Source: a virus. From it: DNA of 64,000 nucleotides. The position numbers were made by a program, and so were the translations under genes. Positions 35,896-45,253 of this stretch are shown here, piece after piece; position 1 is the stretch's first letter, and the number at the start of each line of letters is the position of its first letter. The DNA lies in IMG/VR virus record IMGVR_UViG_3300032157_000004, positions 17,874 to 81,873 of that record; one strand, written 5' to 3'. Below the pieces are notes generated by a model, which was not told where the DNA came from, did not search any database, and saw nothing but the letters and a program-made list of their open reading frames with translations.

Positions 35896-36327
35896 TTAAT
35901 CTTCTGTGATGTTGAGTTCGCCCGCAGCAATCTGGGGTTCGATGCCTGTCGAGACAGACAAAGAAGCGGTGAGTGCGCCAGAGTAAATCAAATATCCTGA
36001 GCCAGAAGGCGCGACACCCACACCGGCATGCGTAAGTGTGTTAGAGCCGCTGGTACACTCTGGAAAAACAATGTCCGCTACGTTGCTCACAGCCCCACCA
36101 GAAACAGCCCAGCCACCCGATGTTCTAGCGACGGCGACTCTAGCGTAAGCGCCGTAGTTTGCTTCGTTAGTTGACTGGTTGCCCGCTTCACCAGGATCGG
36201 CGGTGTGGAAAGAGACATAGAGGTTTGTTGCCGGAGAACTGGCATCGTTTTGTGCCAGATCGTCCAATGTTGTGCCGTTGAAAATAAGCTCTAAGATATC
36301 TGTCTCAAAAGCATTCGACTTGCCCAT
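35896..36327 (-). CDS. Conserved phage virion protein
   Basis: KSNAFETDILELIFNG...LYVSFHTADPGEAG.Q.TNEA.Y..YARVAV family motif; RBS aggagaagaaatcATG. Confidence 0.7.
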   Translation of the reverse strand: MGKSNAFETDILELIFNGTTLDDLAQNDASSPATNLYVSFHTADPGEAGNQSTNEANYGAYARVAVARTSGGWAVSGGAVSNVADIVFPECTSGSNTLTHAGVGVAPSGSGYLIYSGALTASLSVSTGIEPQIAAGELNITED

Positions 36328-36353
36328 GATTTCTTCTCCTTTTAGAAAATTTT

Positions 36354-37574
36354 CTAAGCCATTGCTTTCGACATGCCGCGCCACATGCCCTTAGCCATTG
36401 CATTGCCGACTGCAAGCTCCGGCCCTGCTCGTAAAGTTGACGTGCCAAAGATGTTGGCGGACACACGTCCAATTGCGATTATAGCACCGATTACAACAGA
36501 TGTGTTAGCAATTTCTGCTCTGGCCCTGCCGATCAATACGGCTGACACATCAAACGTAGAAGTTCCTTCGATTAAAGCAGCCGTCTCACCTGGGGCCAGT
36601 GTGTTTGCAATAACATCAGACAGACCTTCAATCAGAGCATTTCCGTAAATTTTTCCATGTATCTCTGATGAAAGTGCAGAGCTTCCCGTTATGGATGCAC
36701 TAGCAAAAATTTTTCCTGTAGCGCCGACCGTAACGGTAGCTCCACCCGTTATTTGGCTGGAAAGCTGAACTGGAGCAATGGGATCAGCGGAAACAGTAGA
36801 CGTTCCGTTTATTTGCGCTTGGCCGTAAAGTCTTTCTGGCCCCCAGTCGGTTCCACCCGTTGCTTCTGCTGGCTCGTAAGCCATGTCCTCTAAGGTAAGC
36901 CCAGCACCGCCGTTCCATAGGTCATCAACATCACCATCGGTAAAGACATACCCTCTCCACAACCCGACAGGGCCAATCAGACCGTCTGTAGAGTTTGCTG
37001 CCCCGCCTGTGTCGTTACCGCCGATGCGGAAGGCGTTTGTGCTGTCTCTAAGTCCGCCTGATAAAGCGCCTGTCGCAAACGAGTCTCCGTCGATAGAGAT
37101 ACCGACAAGATTGCTGACAGGATCGTGGATAAGGGCAACCATATGCCAAGAATTTGCTGTGATCGTTACGGTTGCTGATGCAAAGGCTGTATTGCCCGCA
37201 TTACGAACAAGAAAACGTAGCTGCCCGCTGACAGCAATATCTAGCTCATACTCTGTCGATCCTGAACTCCACTTTGCCACAATCGGTTTGGTGTTGCCAC
37301 CGGAGTTTGGATCGACATCAGGTAGGTTGAGCCAGATCATCCATGAAAAGCCAACATCACCACCTAAACTTAGCGTAGTGTTATCAGCACGGCTTAGAGA
37401 TTCTGCACTGGCTTTAACAAAACTGGCGGCAAGAGGATAGACATGCCCAGTGTTACTGCCAACCGTATTGTTATCGGTCAGCGTCTCATTCGCCATCGCC
37501 TCTGCCCGACTGCCGCTGGCTTCGTTTAATTTATAGTAGCGAGTCAGGTTGCGATAGAGTTGAGGGTAGGCCAT
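36354..37574 (-). CDS. LamG/concanavalin-like domain virion protein
   Basis: YYKLNEASG, WHMVALIHD, FRIGG, GLIGPVGLW; C-terminal A.I.G.S.V repeats. Confidence 0.7.
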   Translation of the reverse strand: MAYPQLYRNLTRYYKLNEASGSRAEAMANETLTDNNTVGSNTGHVYPLAASFVKASAESLSRADNTTLSLGGDVGFSWMIWLNLPDVDPNSGGNTKPIVAKWSSGSTEYELDIAVSGQLRFLVRNAGNTAFASATVTITANSWHMVALIHDPVSNLVGISIDGDSFATGALSGGLRDSTNAFRIGGNDTGGAANSTDGLIGPVGLWRGYVFTDGDVDDLWNGGAGLTLEDMAYEPAEATGGTDWGPERLYGQAQINGTSTVSADPIAPVQLSSQITGGATVTVGATGKIFASASITGSSALSSEIHGKIYGNALIEGLSDVIANTLAPGETAALIEGTSTFDVSAVLIGRARAEIANTSVVIGAIIAIGRVSANIFGTSTLRAGPELAVGNAMAKGMWRGMSKAMA

Positions 37575-37576
37575 CT

Positions 37577-38026
37577 TTAGTTGATAGAGATTTCCAGATT
37601 AGGAAGCCGGATAGTGTTGCCTACTGTGGCGCTGTAGCTTGTTTCTAAGTCCCACCAGATTAGAATTTCACGGTTGCCCTGTGTAGCATTGTCATCCGTC
37701 AAACACGCATACAGAGCCGGATTCCCAGAAGCCGGAATAGATCCGCCTGATGCTGTCCAGATTAGATCTTTAATCTGGACAAAGGCTTTGTTTAGAGTGT
37801 CGTCCTCTGTGAGCGTGTCAAAGTCCGTACTGTCGTTATTAACTGCGATACCTCCGGTAGTGTAGCCATTACCGGAGGCTATCTCAGTCAACTCACTCTT
37901 AGTGTTGGTATCGACAGTGGGAGCGACGGCACTGGTAAACAGGGCAACATAGAAACTAGTCGGGATTGTCCCGCCTCTAAACGCCCACTCTAAGGCACGA
38001 CGTTTGCCCTTGTTTGTCCAGCCCAT
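37577..38026 (-). CDS. Conserved phage virion protein
   Basis: FYVALFT...ELTEIASGNGYTTGG...WTASGG; distant relative of the 35896 protein type. Confidence 0.6.
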   Translation of the reverse strand: MGWTNKGKRRALEWAFRGGTIPTSFYVALFTSAVAPTVDTNTKSELTEIASGNGYTTGGIAVNNDSTDFDTLTEDDTLNKAFVQIKDLIWTASGGSIPASGNPALYACLTDDNATQGNREILIWWDLETSYSATVGNTIRLPNLEISIN

Positions 38027-38038
38027 TGCTCAACTCTC

Positions 38039-38416
38039 CTATCGAGTGGACTTGCGCCAACCAGCGGCGATAGCTTCTTCCTCAGTGCAGAAAAATTTTT
38101 CTCCTGCACCTTCGTCTATCTTCACTCTATCATAATATTGTCCGTCCGGCACATGGAAAATTTTATCTCCCGAAGAAGAAATATTTCCCTTGATATCCAG
38201 ACAGGGAGGTTGAGAGGGCGGTTCGGGTTCTGTTACCCCTTCTTCTTCCTCCGGCACAACCTGTGGCTCCATTGTCACAGTCGGCACAAGATTGGCCTTT
38301 GCCTCATTGGTCGCTGTTGCCACCGCTGGCGGGCGGGGATCTTTGATTACAAAGCTACAATTCGTCACCGAGAACAGCGCCAGCACAAACAGAGAAAATT
38401 TTAAAAAATTTATCAT
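38039..38416 (-). CDS. Exported/lipoprotein-like protein with IKGNI...YHVP...FCTEEEA..AGWR domain
   Basis: Hydrophobic N-terminus ending in Cys; C-terminal domain of the kind seen on thermonuclease/ExoI-type proteins. Confidence 0.65.
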   Translation of the reverse strand: MINFLKFSLFVLALFSVTNCSFVIKDPRPPAVATATNEAKANLVPTVTMEPQVVPEEEEGVTEPEPPSQPPCLDIKGNISSSGDKIFHVPDGQYYDRVKIDEGAGEKFFCTEEEAIAAGWRKSTR

Positions 38417-38712
38417 GCGCTATCTTCCTCCAGCAACCCCTCCAAGTAGGTCAGGAGGGAGCTTCGGGGGTTGACAGAAGCCTTCTCCTCATCATAGAAC
38501 CTTTGTGCTTGTTCTTGGCTCAGATTCATCTGTTCGATTTGTGTGACGGTGTACTCTTTGACACCCTCATAGACACGACCAGTCTCGCTGTCCACATGGC
38601 GTCCAGCCGCCACGTCACCCTCTTGACGCTTTTGTGCGTCGTCGCGTTCGTCATCAGTTCTCAAAACGTCCATCACTGTCTTCCAAACTTTCTGCCACTT
38701 CTTCAATGGCAC
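38413..38712 (-). CDS. Small acidic protein with phage head-type C-terminal motif
   Basis: YTVTQIEQM...EEKASVNPRSSLLTYLE, similar to the C-terminus of the 39055 protein. Confidence 0.55.
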   Translation of the reverse strand: MPLKKWQKVWKTVMDVLRTDDERDDAQKRQEGDVAAGRHVDSETGRVYEGVKEYTVTQIEQMNLSQEQAQRFYDEEKASVNPRSSLLTYLEGLLEEDSA

Positions 38713-39067
38713 TCTGTACTGCGTCGTCCGATGTAAGGTTCTCTAGGAACATGGAAATTCCCCATATTCCTGTCCAAGCTAAAAACAAATTACTAGGTAC
38801 GGTCGGATATTGAAACAATAGGATGACAAAAATAGAAATGTAGGCGGCTACACACAATGGACAAGAGATGCCGCGTCCTAAATTAGATTCAGGTTTTCCA
38901 TCCACTCCATAGCTATACGCGCCCAGTTTTATTCTAACTGCTTTGAAGATTCCAATTTGCTGCTCTGATTTAGGCCACCCAATATACGGCCCCTCCAAAG
39001 AGCTTATCAAACTGCTTAAACAGTAGACAGAAAAAACAGCAAACAAAAGCCTAATTATATCACCCAA
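38654..39067 (-). CDS. DUF1360-like membrane protein
   Basis: Hydrophobic segments with CPLCVAAY. Confidence 0.5.
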   Translation of the reverse strand: MGDIIRLLFAVFSVYCLSSLISSLEGPYIGWPKSEQQIGIFKAVRIKLGAYSYGVDGKPESNLGRGISCPLCVAAYISIFVILLFQYPTVPSNLFLAWTGIWGISMFLENLTSDDAVQSAIEEVAESLEDSDGRFEN

Positions 39068-41100
39068 TTTGCCAGCTTCTCCTCAAGATAAGAGACTAGC
39101 CCTTTACGATTGCGATTCGCCATCTCCGACTTGTATACCCCGTTGACCTGTTCGTAGGTATAGCCGGATTTTTCTAGCTCGGCTTTGACCTGTTCCACTG
39201 TCATATTCTCAGGGTTGAAGATCGGTTCCGCTGTGCTGACGATTCCAGTTGCCGTTGCGCTCGTGGTCGCCGCAGATGCCGTCATAGGCTGTGCTACAAC
39301 AGCACTTGTCACAGGCTCAGAAACTACAACAGGCTCCGGTTCCGGTTCTGTGCTTGGTACGACATCGCCTACAGGCTCCGCTGGCGGTTGTGTAGCCTCA
39401 CCATTGCTTCCTACAACGACGAAAAGATATTTTCCTGTGTATTTATCTTTCTTCGCCAGGAAGCCCCGTTTTTGAGGGTCATCCTTAGATCCCAAGTCAC
39501 GTTTATCTACCCACCCACGCGGGCGATCCTTACCAAAGACATAAGTAGCACCTGTGAAGTCGCCTGTCCAGGTAGCGTCTACTTGTTCTCCCTGATACTC
39601 AATGCGCTCCATCCCCATTGCGCCGACTTGATTGGACATAGTTTTCATGCCTCCTGTTGAGAATAGAGCGGTTTTAGCATGGTTAACCACCGCCGCTCTG
39701 TTTCGACTACTGCTGCCACAGCATCCCATTGGTCGCTCCCCTCTGTATAAGGCTGGGAAAAGTCCCATAATTTTTTCTAAAAATTTTATGCGATGTCCCT
39801 CTGTGCCGTTAACCTCCGTGCGGTTCTGACCTTCTCTCCTGTAGAGATAGCCGCGCTCTCTGACATGCACACCACACCAGCCTTTAAGCCCTAATGCGAC
39901 ATTAAAAGCCCAATCTTCTCGACCGTCTCCCATGATAGCCGGATAGCCGCCTACTTCTTGCCAAGCCGCTCTAGGAAAGACAATTCCGGCATGGATATGG
40001 TTCTTGTAGATTAGCTTTTCAAAATCGTATTCCTCCATCGGCCAGGGTCTTGTGCGTTGATTTCTGTTAAACATCTGGATATCGTCATAAGCAAAAGAGT
40101 GAGGATTGTCCTCACATGCCTGAACAAGATGCTCCAGAGAAAAATTTTCTCGCATATCATCGGCGGAAAGAAAAGTAATATATTTTCCCACCGCTCTTTG
40201 GATGCCGAAATTTAGCGCCTGAGCCGTGCCTACGTTAGTTTCCAGACGAAAACCCTTGATCCCCTTTGCTTCACTGACAAGTGCTTTGATGTATTCTTCG
40301 CTGTTGTCGGTTGAACAATCATCTACGATGATAACTTCAAATGATTGGAGAGTTTGAGGCTCCATTCGTCCCAGCGAACTACGGCCTCCGATGAGAGAAG
40401 CAATACAATCTTCAAGATAACGACCGTAATTAAAGCACGGCACAACCACCGAAAGGAGAGGCGGAGTGCGTATGAAAACATCTCTCTTTTCAGGTTCTCG
40501 ATCCAAAAGCTCGCGTATTCCTGATCCATATCTCTCTGTTTCTTTTCTTTCGTGATGCATCCCTGGAATATCAGGAATAGGCAGCACATTCATTCCCGCC
40601 CTAGCCACTCGCCACTGGTATTCGGCTGTGTTTCCCCAAAGAGGGTAGGTCTTTTCGTTAAGATAGCCCACAGATCGTACAGCCGCATTACTAATAAACA
40701 TAAAAGTGCCATGAACATAACCCAGCTTGCCAAACGCAGGATGATCACCACGAATACGCTCACCAAAAAAGGCGTAGTGCTTTCTAGCAAGCCTAATAAC
40801 TTCCAAGAAATTAAGATCATCAAACCAGATATCTTGGTTAAGAACCAACACATCCCCGCCAGCTTCTTTAATGCCTCTATTGACTGCTCCGGCGAAGTAA
40901 CCTTTTCTATCCAGTCGAATAACCTTGATGTCATTGCCGTCTTGATGCTCCCATCTTTTATCGACATCCTCCTGTTTAAGAGGATCTTCACTCATGTCGT
41001 CAACAATGATTAAAGGAAATTTTCTGGGTAAGGATCGAATCAAGCGGTCAAGAGTCGCATGGCCGTTGTAGAACGGGACAACAATGGTGAAATCACTCAC
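39055..41100 (-). CDS. Double GT2 glycosyltransferase fused to a C-terminal virion-like domain
   Basis: Two GT-A domains (IVVPFYN...IIVDD...LNQD and VVVPCFNY...IIVDDCSTD...FLSADD); C-terminal PT/A-rich linker and MTVEQVK...EMANRNRKGLVSYLE. Confidence 0.85.
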   Translation of the reverse strand: MSDFTIVVPFYNGHATLDRLIRSLPRKFPLIIVDDMSEDPLKQEDVDKRWEHQDGNDIKVIRLDRKGYFAGAVNRGIKEAGGDVLVLNQDIWFDDLNFLEVIRLARKHYAFFGERIRGDHPAFGKLGYVHGTFMFISNAAVRSVGYLNEKTYPLWGNTAEYQWRVARAGMNVLPIPDIPGMHHERKETERYGSGIRELLDREPEKRDVFIRTPPLLSVVVPCFNYGRYLEDCIASLIGGRSSLGRMEPQTLQSFEVIIVDDCSTDNSEEYIKALVSEAKGIKGFRLETNVGTAQALNFGIQRAVGKYITFLSADDMRENFSLEHLVQACEDNPHSFAYDDIQMFNRNQRTRPWPMEEYDFEKLIYKNHIHAGIVFPRAAWQEVGGYPAIMGDGREDWAFNVALGLKGWCGVHVRERGYLYRREGQNRTEVNGTEGHRIKFLEKIMGLFPALYRGERPMGCCGSSSRNRAAVVNHAKTALFSTGGMKTMSNQVGAMGMERIEYQGEQVDATWTGDFTGATYVFGKDRPRGWVDKRDLGSKDDPQKRGFLAKKDKYTGKYLFVVVGSNGEATQPPAEPVGDVVPSTEPEPEPVVVSEPVTSAVVAQPMTASAATTSATATGIVSTAEPIFNPENMTVEQVKAELEKSGYTYEQVNGVYKSEMANRNRKGLVSYLEEKLANWVI

Positions 41101-41350
41101 TGATTCTTCTCTCTTTAAATTTTTTAAAAATTTTCACATTACCCACCCCGTCCTGCCCACCCTGCGTGGGGGTGAGGGCGTGGCCCATTGGATACTTGCG
41201 TGCCGTTGCTGCCCGAATCAACTCAACTAACTGCCTCCGCCTTGCTCCGTCACGAGACGATTTCGGATAAATACACCTGTATGCCTCAGTTGCGTTCCAG
41301 GTTTCGAGATAGGCTTCCACGAACGCCCTGTGTTTGGCCGAAAGCGCCAC
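41093..41350 (-). pseudogene. Truncated terminase small subunit N-terminus
   Basis: MALSAKHRAFVEAYLETWNATEAY matches the TerS HTH start; similarity ends after ~35 aa. Confidence 0.65.
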
Positions 41351-41416
41351 AACTCCACCCCCACTTCATTCGCCACTCCACACTCGCCCCACTCGTCAGC
41401 GCGGTGGCTGATGGAG

Positions 41417-43273
41417 CTAACGCACAAAAACTTCCGCCGTTCTATCAGCGTCATCAGCCGTCAAATAGATGTTCGTGCCGTCACTCGCTGCCGACTTGTA
41501 TATCTGCCCTGCGCTGGTCATGGTGATTTGCACCACCGTTGGCGCGTAGCCTAGACCGTGCGCAATCGTGGCCTCGCTCGTGCCCACTGTCTGCGCGCCC
41601 AATGCTTTGAGCATCATCGCCTTTGTCACAGTCGCCGTATGATTCGGCTCGGTCAGGTTGTGCGTGCCTGCGCTGCTCTCGGTGATGTCGCCATTGATGA
41701 GTGTATTGTCCTGCACGAGTGTGTAATCGGCACTGGACTCGATGCGGATAGCACGCCTACCCGTCGTACTCTCGCAATTGTTGCGATACACTTTGTTGCG
41801 TAAGGCATTGGCTCCCGTGATATGGATAGCTCCCTGGTTGCCTGCGCTGGAGTTAATGCACTCATTGGCTTCAATCAGATTGTCGCCACGCTCGCACAGG
41901 ATGGCCGAGCCGCCATTGGATTTGAGATAATTGCTCGTGACCTTATGCCGCCCACCCGCGCCGATGTAGACACAATGCACGTTGTTGGTCGTCTCGACGC
42001 GATTGCCTGTCACCAAATGACCGCTGCCTGAGAGCAGTTGTATGGCGTTGCCGAGCGTGTTGCGTGAGACATTATTGACCACCACCATGCCATCGGTGTT
42101 GTTGTTGAGGCGTACCCCACCGCGGCAATTCGTGAATTGATTACCCGCAACGAGTATGTCCTGCGGCCCACTTAGACCACCGATAAAGACAGGCGCATTG
42201 TTGCTGGCGTGGGTGTAGTCAATAAAATGGTTGTTGATGATAGAGATGCGGTAGGCCAGGCCATTGACGCTGTTATCGTCTGTGTGCGCCGCCTGCCCAT
42301 AGCAGATATTGCCCTGAATGAGAATATCGGTCGTAATGACGCCGCTTTGTCCAGCTACCTCAAAGCACGACCCTTGATTGCTAATGATGCCCGGATTGCG
42401 CAGGATATTGTTGAGATAGCGGCTGCCCACCACCCCTTGCGCTATTTCGAGACAGCGTGAGGTAGAGCCGTCAATGACATTGCCAGTCCATACATTGCGT
42501 CCATGCGTAGCGGTATCGCCATAGTCCTCACAGGCAGACCGATGCACCGTGTGAGATGCGTCCTCAAAGCCGTAGTTGTCGAGGATGCGGTTGCCCTCGA
42601 CCAAGCCATCCAGCACGCCGTACCATAGGCCAACCGCCTGCGACCAGCCCGTGATGGTGCAACCTCGAATGACGGGGCGCAAGGCACCGTTGACATAGAC
42701 ACCCTTAGAAACGCCGCCTGTTGTGCCCGCTGGATCGTTATGCCCGCCGTCAATGCGGCAATCCAGCACGTGCAGATCGTCACCGCCGCCATCCACAGAA
42801 ATGCCGATGGCACGCACATTGCGAATCCACACATTTGCCAGTGTGCAGCGCGCCGCTGTGATGTAAGCCCCACAGTTGACAGTTTGGCTGAGATTGACCG
42901 CAGCCTCGCCGCGTTGACCATCAATTTGCAGATTGGCAAGCGTTACGTCAGCCTCTTCGATGGCAAAGGCGTTATGGCTGGCGTCATCGGCGACCAGTAT
43001 TTTGCTAGCCTGGATACCCGCGCCAATGAAAGTTTGCCCTGCCAGTGGAGTAATGGCTGCCGAAATGAAATAGCTGCCTTGCGGGAAAAAGACAACGCCA
43101 TTTGCGCCCGCGGCATCTCTGGCGGCGTGGATGGCGCTCAGGTCGTCGGCAACGCCATCGCCAACCGCCTCATAACGCTTGACGGAATAGACCGCGTTAT
43201 AGGCAATATGCAGCGCCAGATGGTCGTCCTTATGCGCTTGTTGCCCTACGCCTGCAAAGTCAGTCCTGAGCAT
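41417..43273 (-). CDS. Right-handed beta-helix (pectate-lyase-like) tailspike/depolymerase
   Basis: AVGDGVADD..AI..A...VFFPQGSY, many Asn-ladder repeats, C-terminal IAHGLGYAP. Confidence 0.82.
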   Translation of the reverse strand: MLRTDFAGVGQQAHKDDHLALHIAYNAVYSVKRYEAVGDGVADDLSAIHAARDAAGANGVVFFPQGSYFISAAITPLAGQTFIGAGIQASKILVADDASHNAFAIEEADVTLANLQIDGQRGEAAVNLSQTVNCGAYITAARCTLANVWIRNVRAIGISVDGGGDDLHVLDCRIDGGHNDPAGTTGGVSKGVYVNGALRPVIRGCTITGWSQAVGLWYGVLDGLVEGNRILDNYGFEDASHTVHRSACEDYGDTATHGRNVWTGNVIDGSTSRCLEIAQGVVGSRYLNNILRNPGIISNQGSCFEVAGQSGVITTDILIQGNICYGQAAHTDDNSVNGLAYRISIINNHFIDYTHASNNAPVFIGGLSGPQDILVAGNQFTNCRGGVRLNNNTDGMVVVNNVSRNTLGNAIQLLSGSGHLVTGNRVETTNNVHCVYIGAGGRHKVTSNYLKSNGGSAILCERGDNLIEANECINSSAGNQGAIHITGANALRNKVYRNNCESTTGRRAIRIESSADYTLVQDNTLINGDITESSAGTHNLTEPNHTATVTKAMMLKALGAQTVGTSEATIAHGLGYAPTVVQITMTSAGQIYKSAASDGTNIYLTADDADRTAEVFVR

Positions 43274-43317
43274 CAGTATCCAGCCTCATAGCCGCTCTCG
43301 TACCCCGGCCCCGCTAG

Positions 43318-44031
43318 TCATGCTCTACCCAATCCGCCGTTGTACATGTAAGTCAAGTCGTCCAGTGTGGGCGTATAATCCTTACCAAATTCGACGGGGC
43401 CGACTCTGCCCGTCAGGAATTTGGAGATAACACCACCGATTACAAATGGCTTTGCTGTGTCAGCGGGAGCTTGCGAGCGTGCAGCATCAACCGGTGTACC
43501 GCCGTTGACACTGATATAAAGGCGCTGTGTGCTGGCCTTGTGCCAACCCACGACTAGATGCCAGGCGTTGAGCGCGACACTGGATGCCGCCGATGCTACC
43601 GATGAGATAGCCGAGCCGTTGCCGGTGACAAAGCTGGCACGGCCTGTAGAGATAAGGTAAAGCGCATACTCATAGCCAGATGCGCTGTCGGCTGTGACTT
43701 TGCCAACGAAGGGCGAATCGGTCAGTGCGCCGGGGCGCAGCCACGCTGACAGCCAGAAATCTATGTCGCTGGTCGAAAGTGCGGCGCTGTCGGCACAAGA
43801 GAGGCTATCCTCGCTAGCGGCCACGAAGCTGGCGGCTAATGGGTAGATCAAGCCTGTGGCGCTGCCAACCGAGCTATCATCGGTGAGTGTGCTGGCCCCA
43901 ATGCTATCGGCTCGTGTGCCGCTGGTCTCGTCCAGCTTCCACGCCGCCACGCGACTGGCGAGCAATGCAGCAGGAGAATAGCCCCCACCCCCGCTCACCT
44001 GGCCCCTTGCTGCTGCAACTGGATAGGGCAT
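43318..44031 (-). CDS. LamG-like domain protein, paralog of 36354-37574
   Basis: AWKLDETSGTRADS...TLTD...YPLAASFV aligns with YYKLNEASGSRAEA...TLTD...YPLAASFV. Confidence 0.75.
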   Translation of the reverse strand: MPYPVAAARGQVSGGGGYSPAALLASRVAAWKLDETSGTRADSIGASTLTDDSSVGSATGLIYPLAASFVAASEDSLSCADSAALSTSDIDFWLSAWLRPGALTDSPFVGKVTADSASGYEYALYLISTGRASFVTGNGSAISSVASAASSVALNAWHLVVGWHKASTQRLYISVNGGTPVDAARSQAPADTAKPFVIGGVISKFLTGRVGPVEFGKDYTPTLDDLTYMYNGGLGRA

Positions 44032-44033
44032 CG

Positions 44034-44480
44034 TTACGTCTCACTATAGTAGAAAACAGTTGTAGCTACATTGCCGCTAACAGTTGTCTGTAGCTGTAAT
44101 TTTTTATTGACAGTTGCCAGCTTCAACTTTCCTCTAGGCGTAAACTGCACAGTGCCGTTGGCTGGCAAATAGAGAGATGCTAAAACTGTACCGGATGTTT
44201 CTTCTTTCAAATCAACGCGCATAGCCGTGTCTACACTAATAAGAACGTCTGTGATAACAAGTTTTTGTCCAGTCGTAGGCGCATTTGTGACACTGGCAGC
44301 ACTAGCTGACTGATTAGCGGAAGTGAACCTGGCTCCAGATACTCCAAAGACGCTTTCCCAACCTGGCCCGCCGTCCTTAACAGCTTCAGGACTTCCATCA
44401 GCACCAATCAGAGAAACAGATAGCGGATTGTCCGGCCCGACCTCAACTCCATCTTCATATAACCTCACTGCATCAGCCAT
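44034..44480 (-). CDS. Virion-associated hypothetical protein
   Basis: 148 aa, beta-rich, in the same operon. Confidence 0.55.
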   Translation of the reverse strand: MADAVRLYEDGVEVGPDNPLSVSLIGADGSPEAVKDGGPGWESVFGVSGARFTSANQSASAASVTNAPTTGQKLVITDVLISVDTAMRVDLKEETSGTVLASLYLPANGTVQFTPRGKLKLATVNKKLQLQTTVSGNVATTVFYYSET

Positions 44481-44500
44481 CAGTGTTCTCCTTAATTGAA

Positions 44501-45253
44501 TTACCAGCGACGAATATCTTCTTGAAAATTTTTAAATCCTAACCTTACAAAACCTTCAAAGCCAAGCCGCTTGTGACCGCTGCGACTTAAAGTTCCTACA
44601 TAGGGATCGAATAAGCTGCCTGTGTCGATGATGGTTAGTCTCGGATAATAGGCATGAAGGCGAGAAACGAGTGTTGGAGAAGCCCCTTGACCTGCGGAAA
44701 GTAAAATAGTGTCAGGTGCATATTTTTGAACTCTGAAACATATCTCTGCCTCTAGCTCGTCAACTTCTTCAAAAGCATGAGTTGGATGGCATTCGATATG
44801 GTATCCGATAGGAAAACCTTTTAGCTTGCTGAGATGAGAAGCGCCGACAATCAGCGACCTTCTCTTTTTCAGACACTCAATAAAAGGCCAAAGTTCCCCC
44901 TGGTCGGATGCTTTGTTCATCACGTCGGCGTCATACCAGTCAACATCTAAATTATTTTCTTGAAGCCATTGCGTTGCTCTGGTGGCATGAAGGGCTATAC
45001 TGGTAATGCCATGAGTAATGCCATTATCTCTCATCATGGCAATAAGAGCATCTGCCTGTTTGCGAGAGTAGGGAGAGCCGTCGCAGTTAATTCCCTTTTT
45101 TCCCAAAATACAGAAAAAGCCGCCATCGGAGATTCTGGCAAAGGAAAAACCAGGCTCCGTCTCAATCCGGTGTACGAATTGCCGGATGCTGAGCGGCTTC
45201 ACCGAAACAGCGGGAATTTTTTCTTCGACGGTCATGCGCTTACGTCTTATCAT
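44501..45253 (-). CDS. GT-D-fold-like (DUF1792-type) glycosyltransferase
   Basis: FSFARISDG resembles the GT-D SFxRxGDGE motif; ILLSAG...IIDTGSLFD; adjacent to a GT4. Confidence 0.55.
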   Translation of the reverse strand: MIRRKRMTVEEKIPAVSVKPLSIRQFVHRIETEPGFSFARISDGGFFCILGKKGINCDGSPYSRKQADALIAMMRDNGITHGITSIALHATRATQWLQENNLDVDWYDADVMNKASDQGELWPFIECLKKRRSLIVGASHLSKLKGFPIGYHIECHPTHAFEEVDELEAEICFRVQKYAPDTILLSAGQGASPTLVSRLHAYYPRLTIIDTGSLFDPYVGTLSRSGHKRLGFEGFVRLGFKNFQEDIRRW

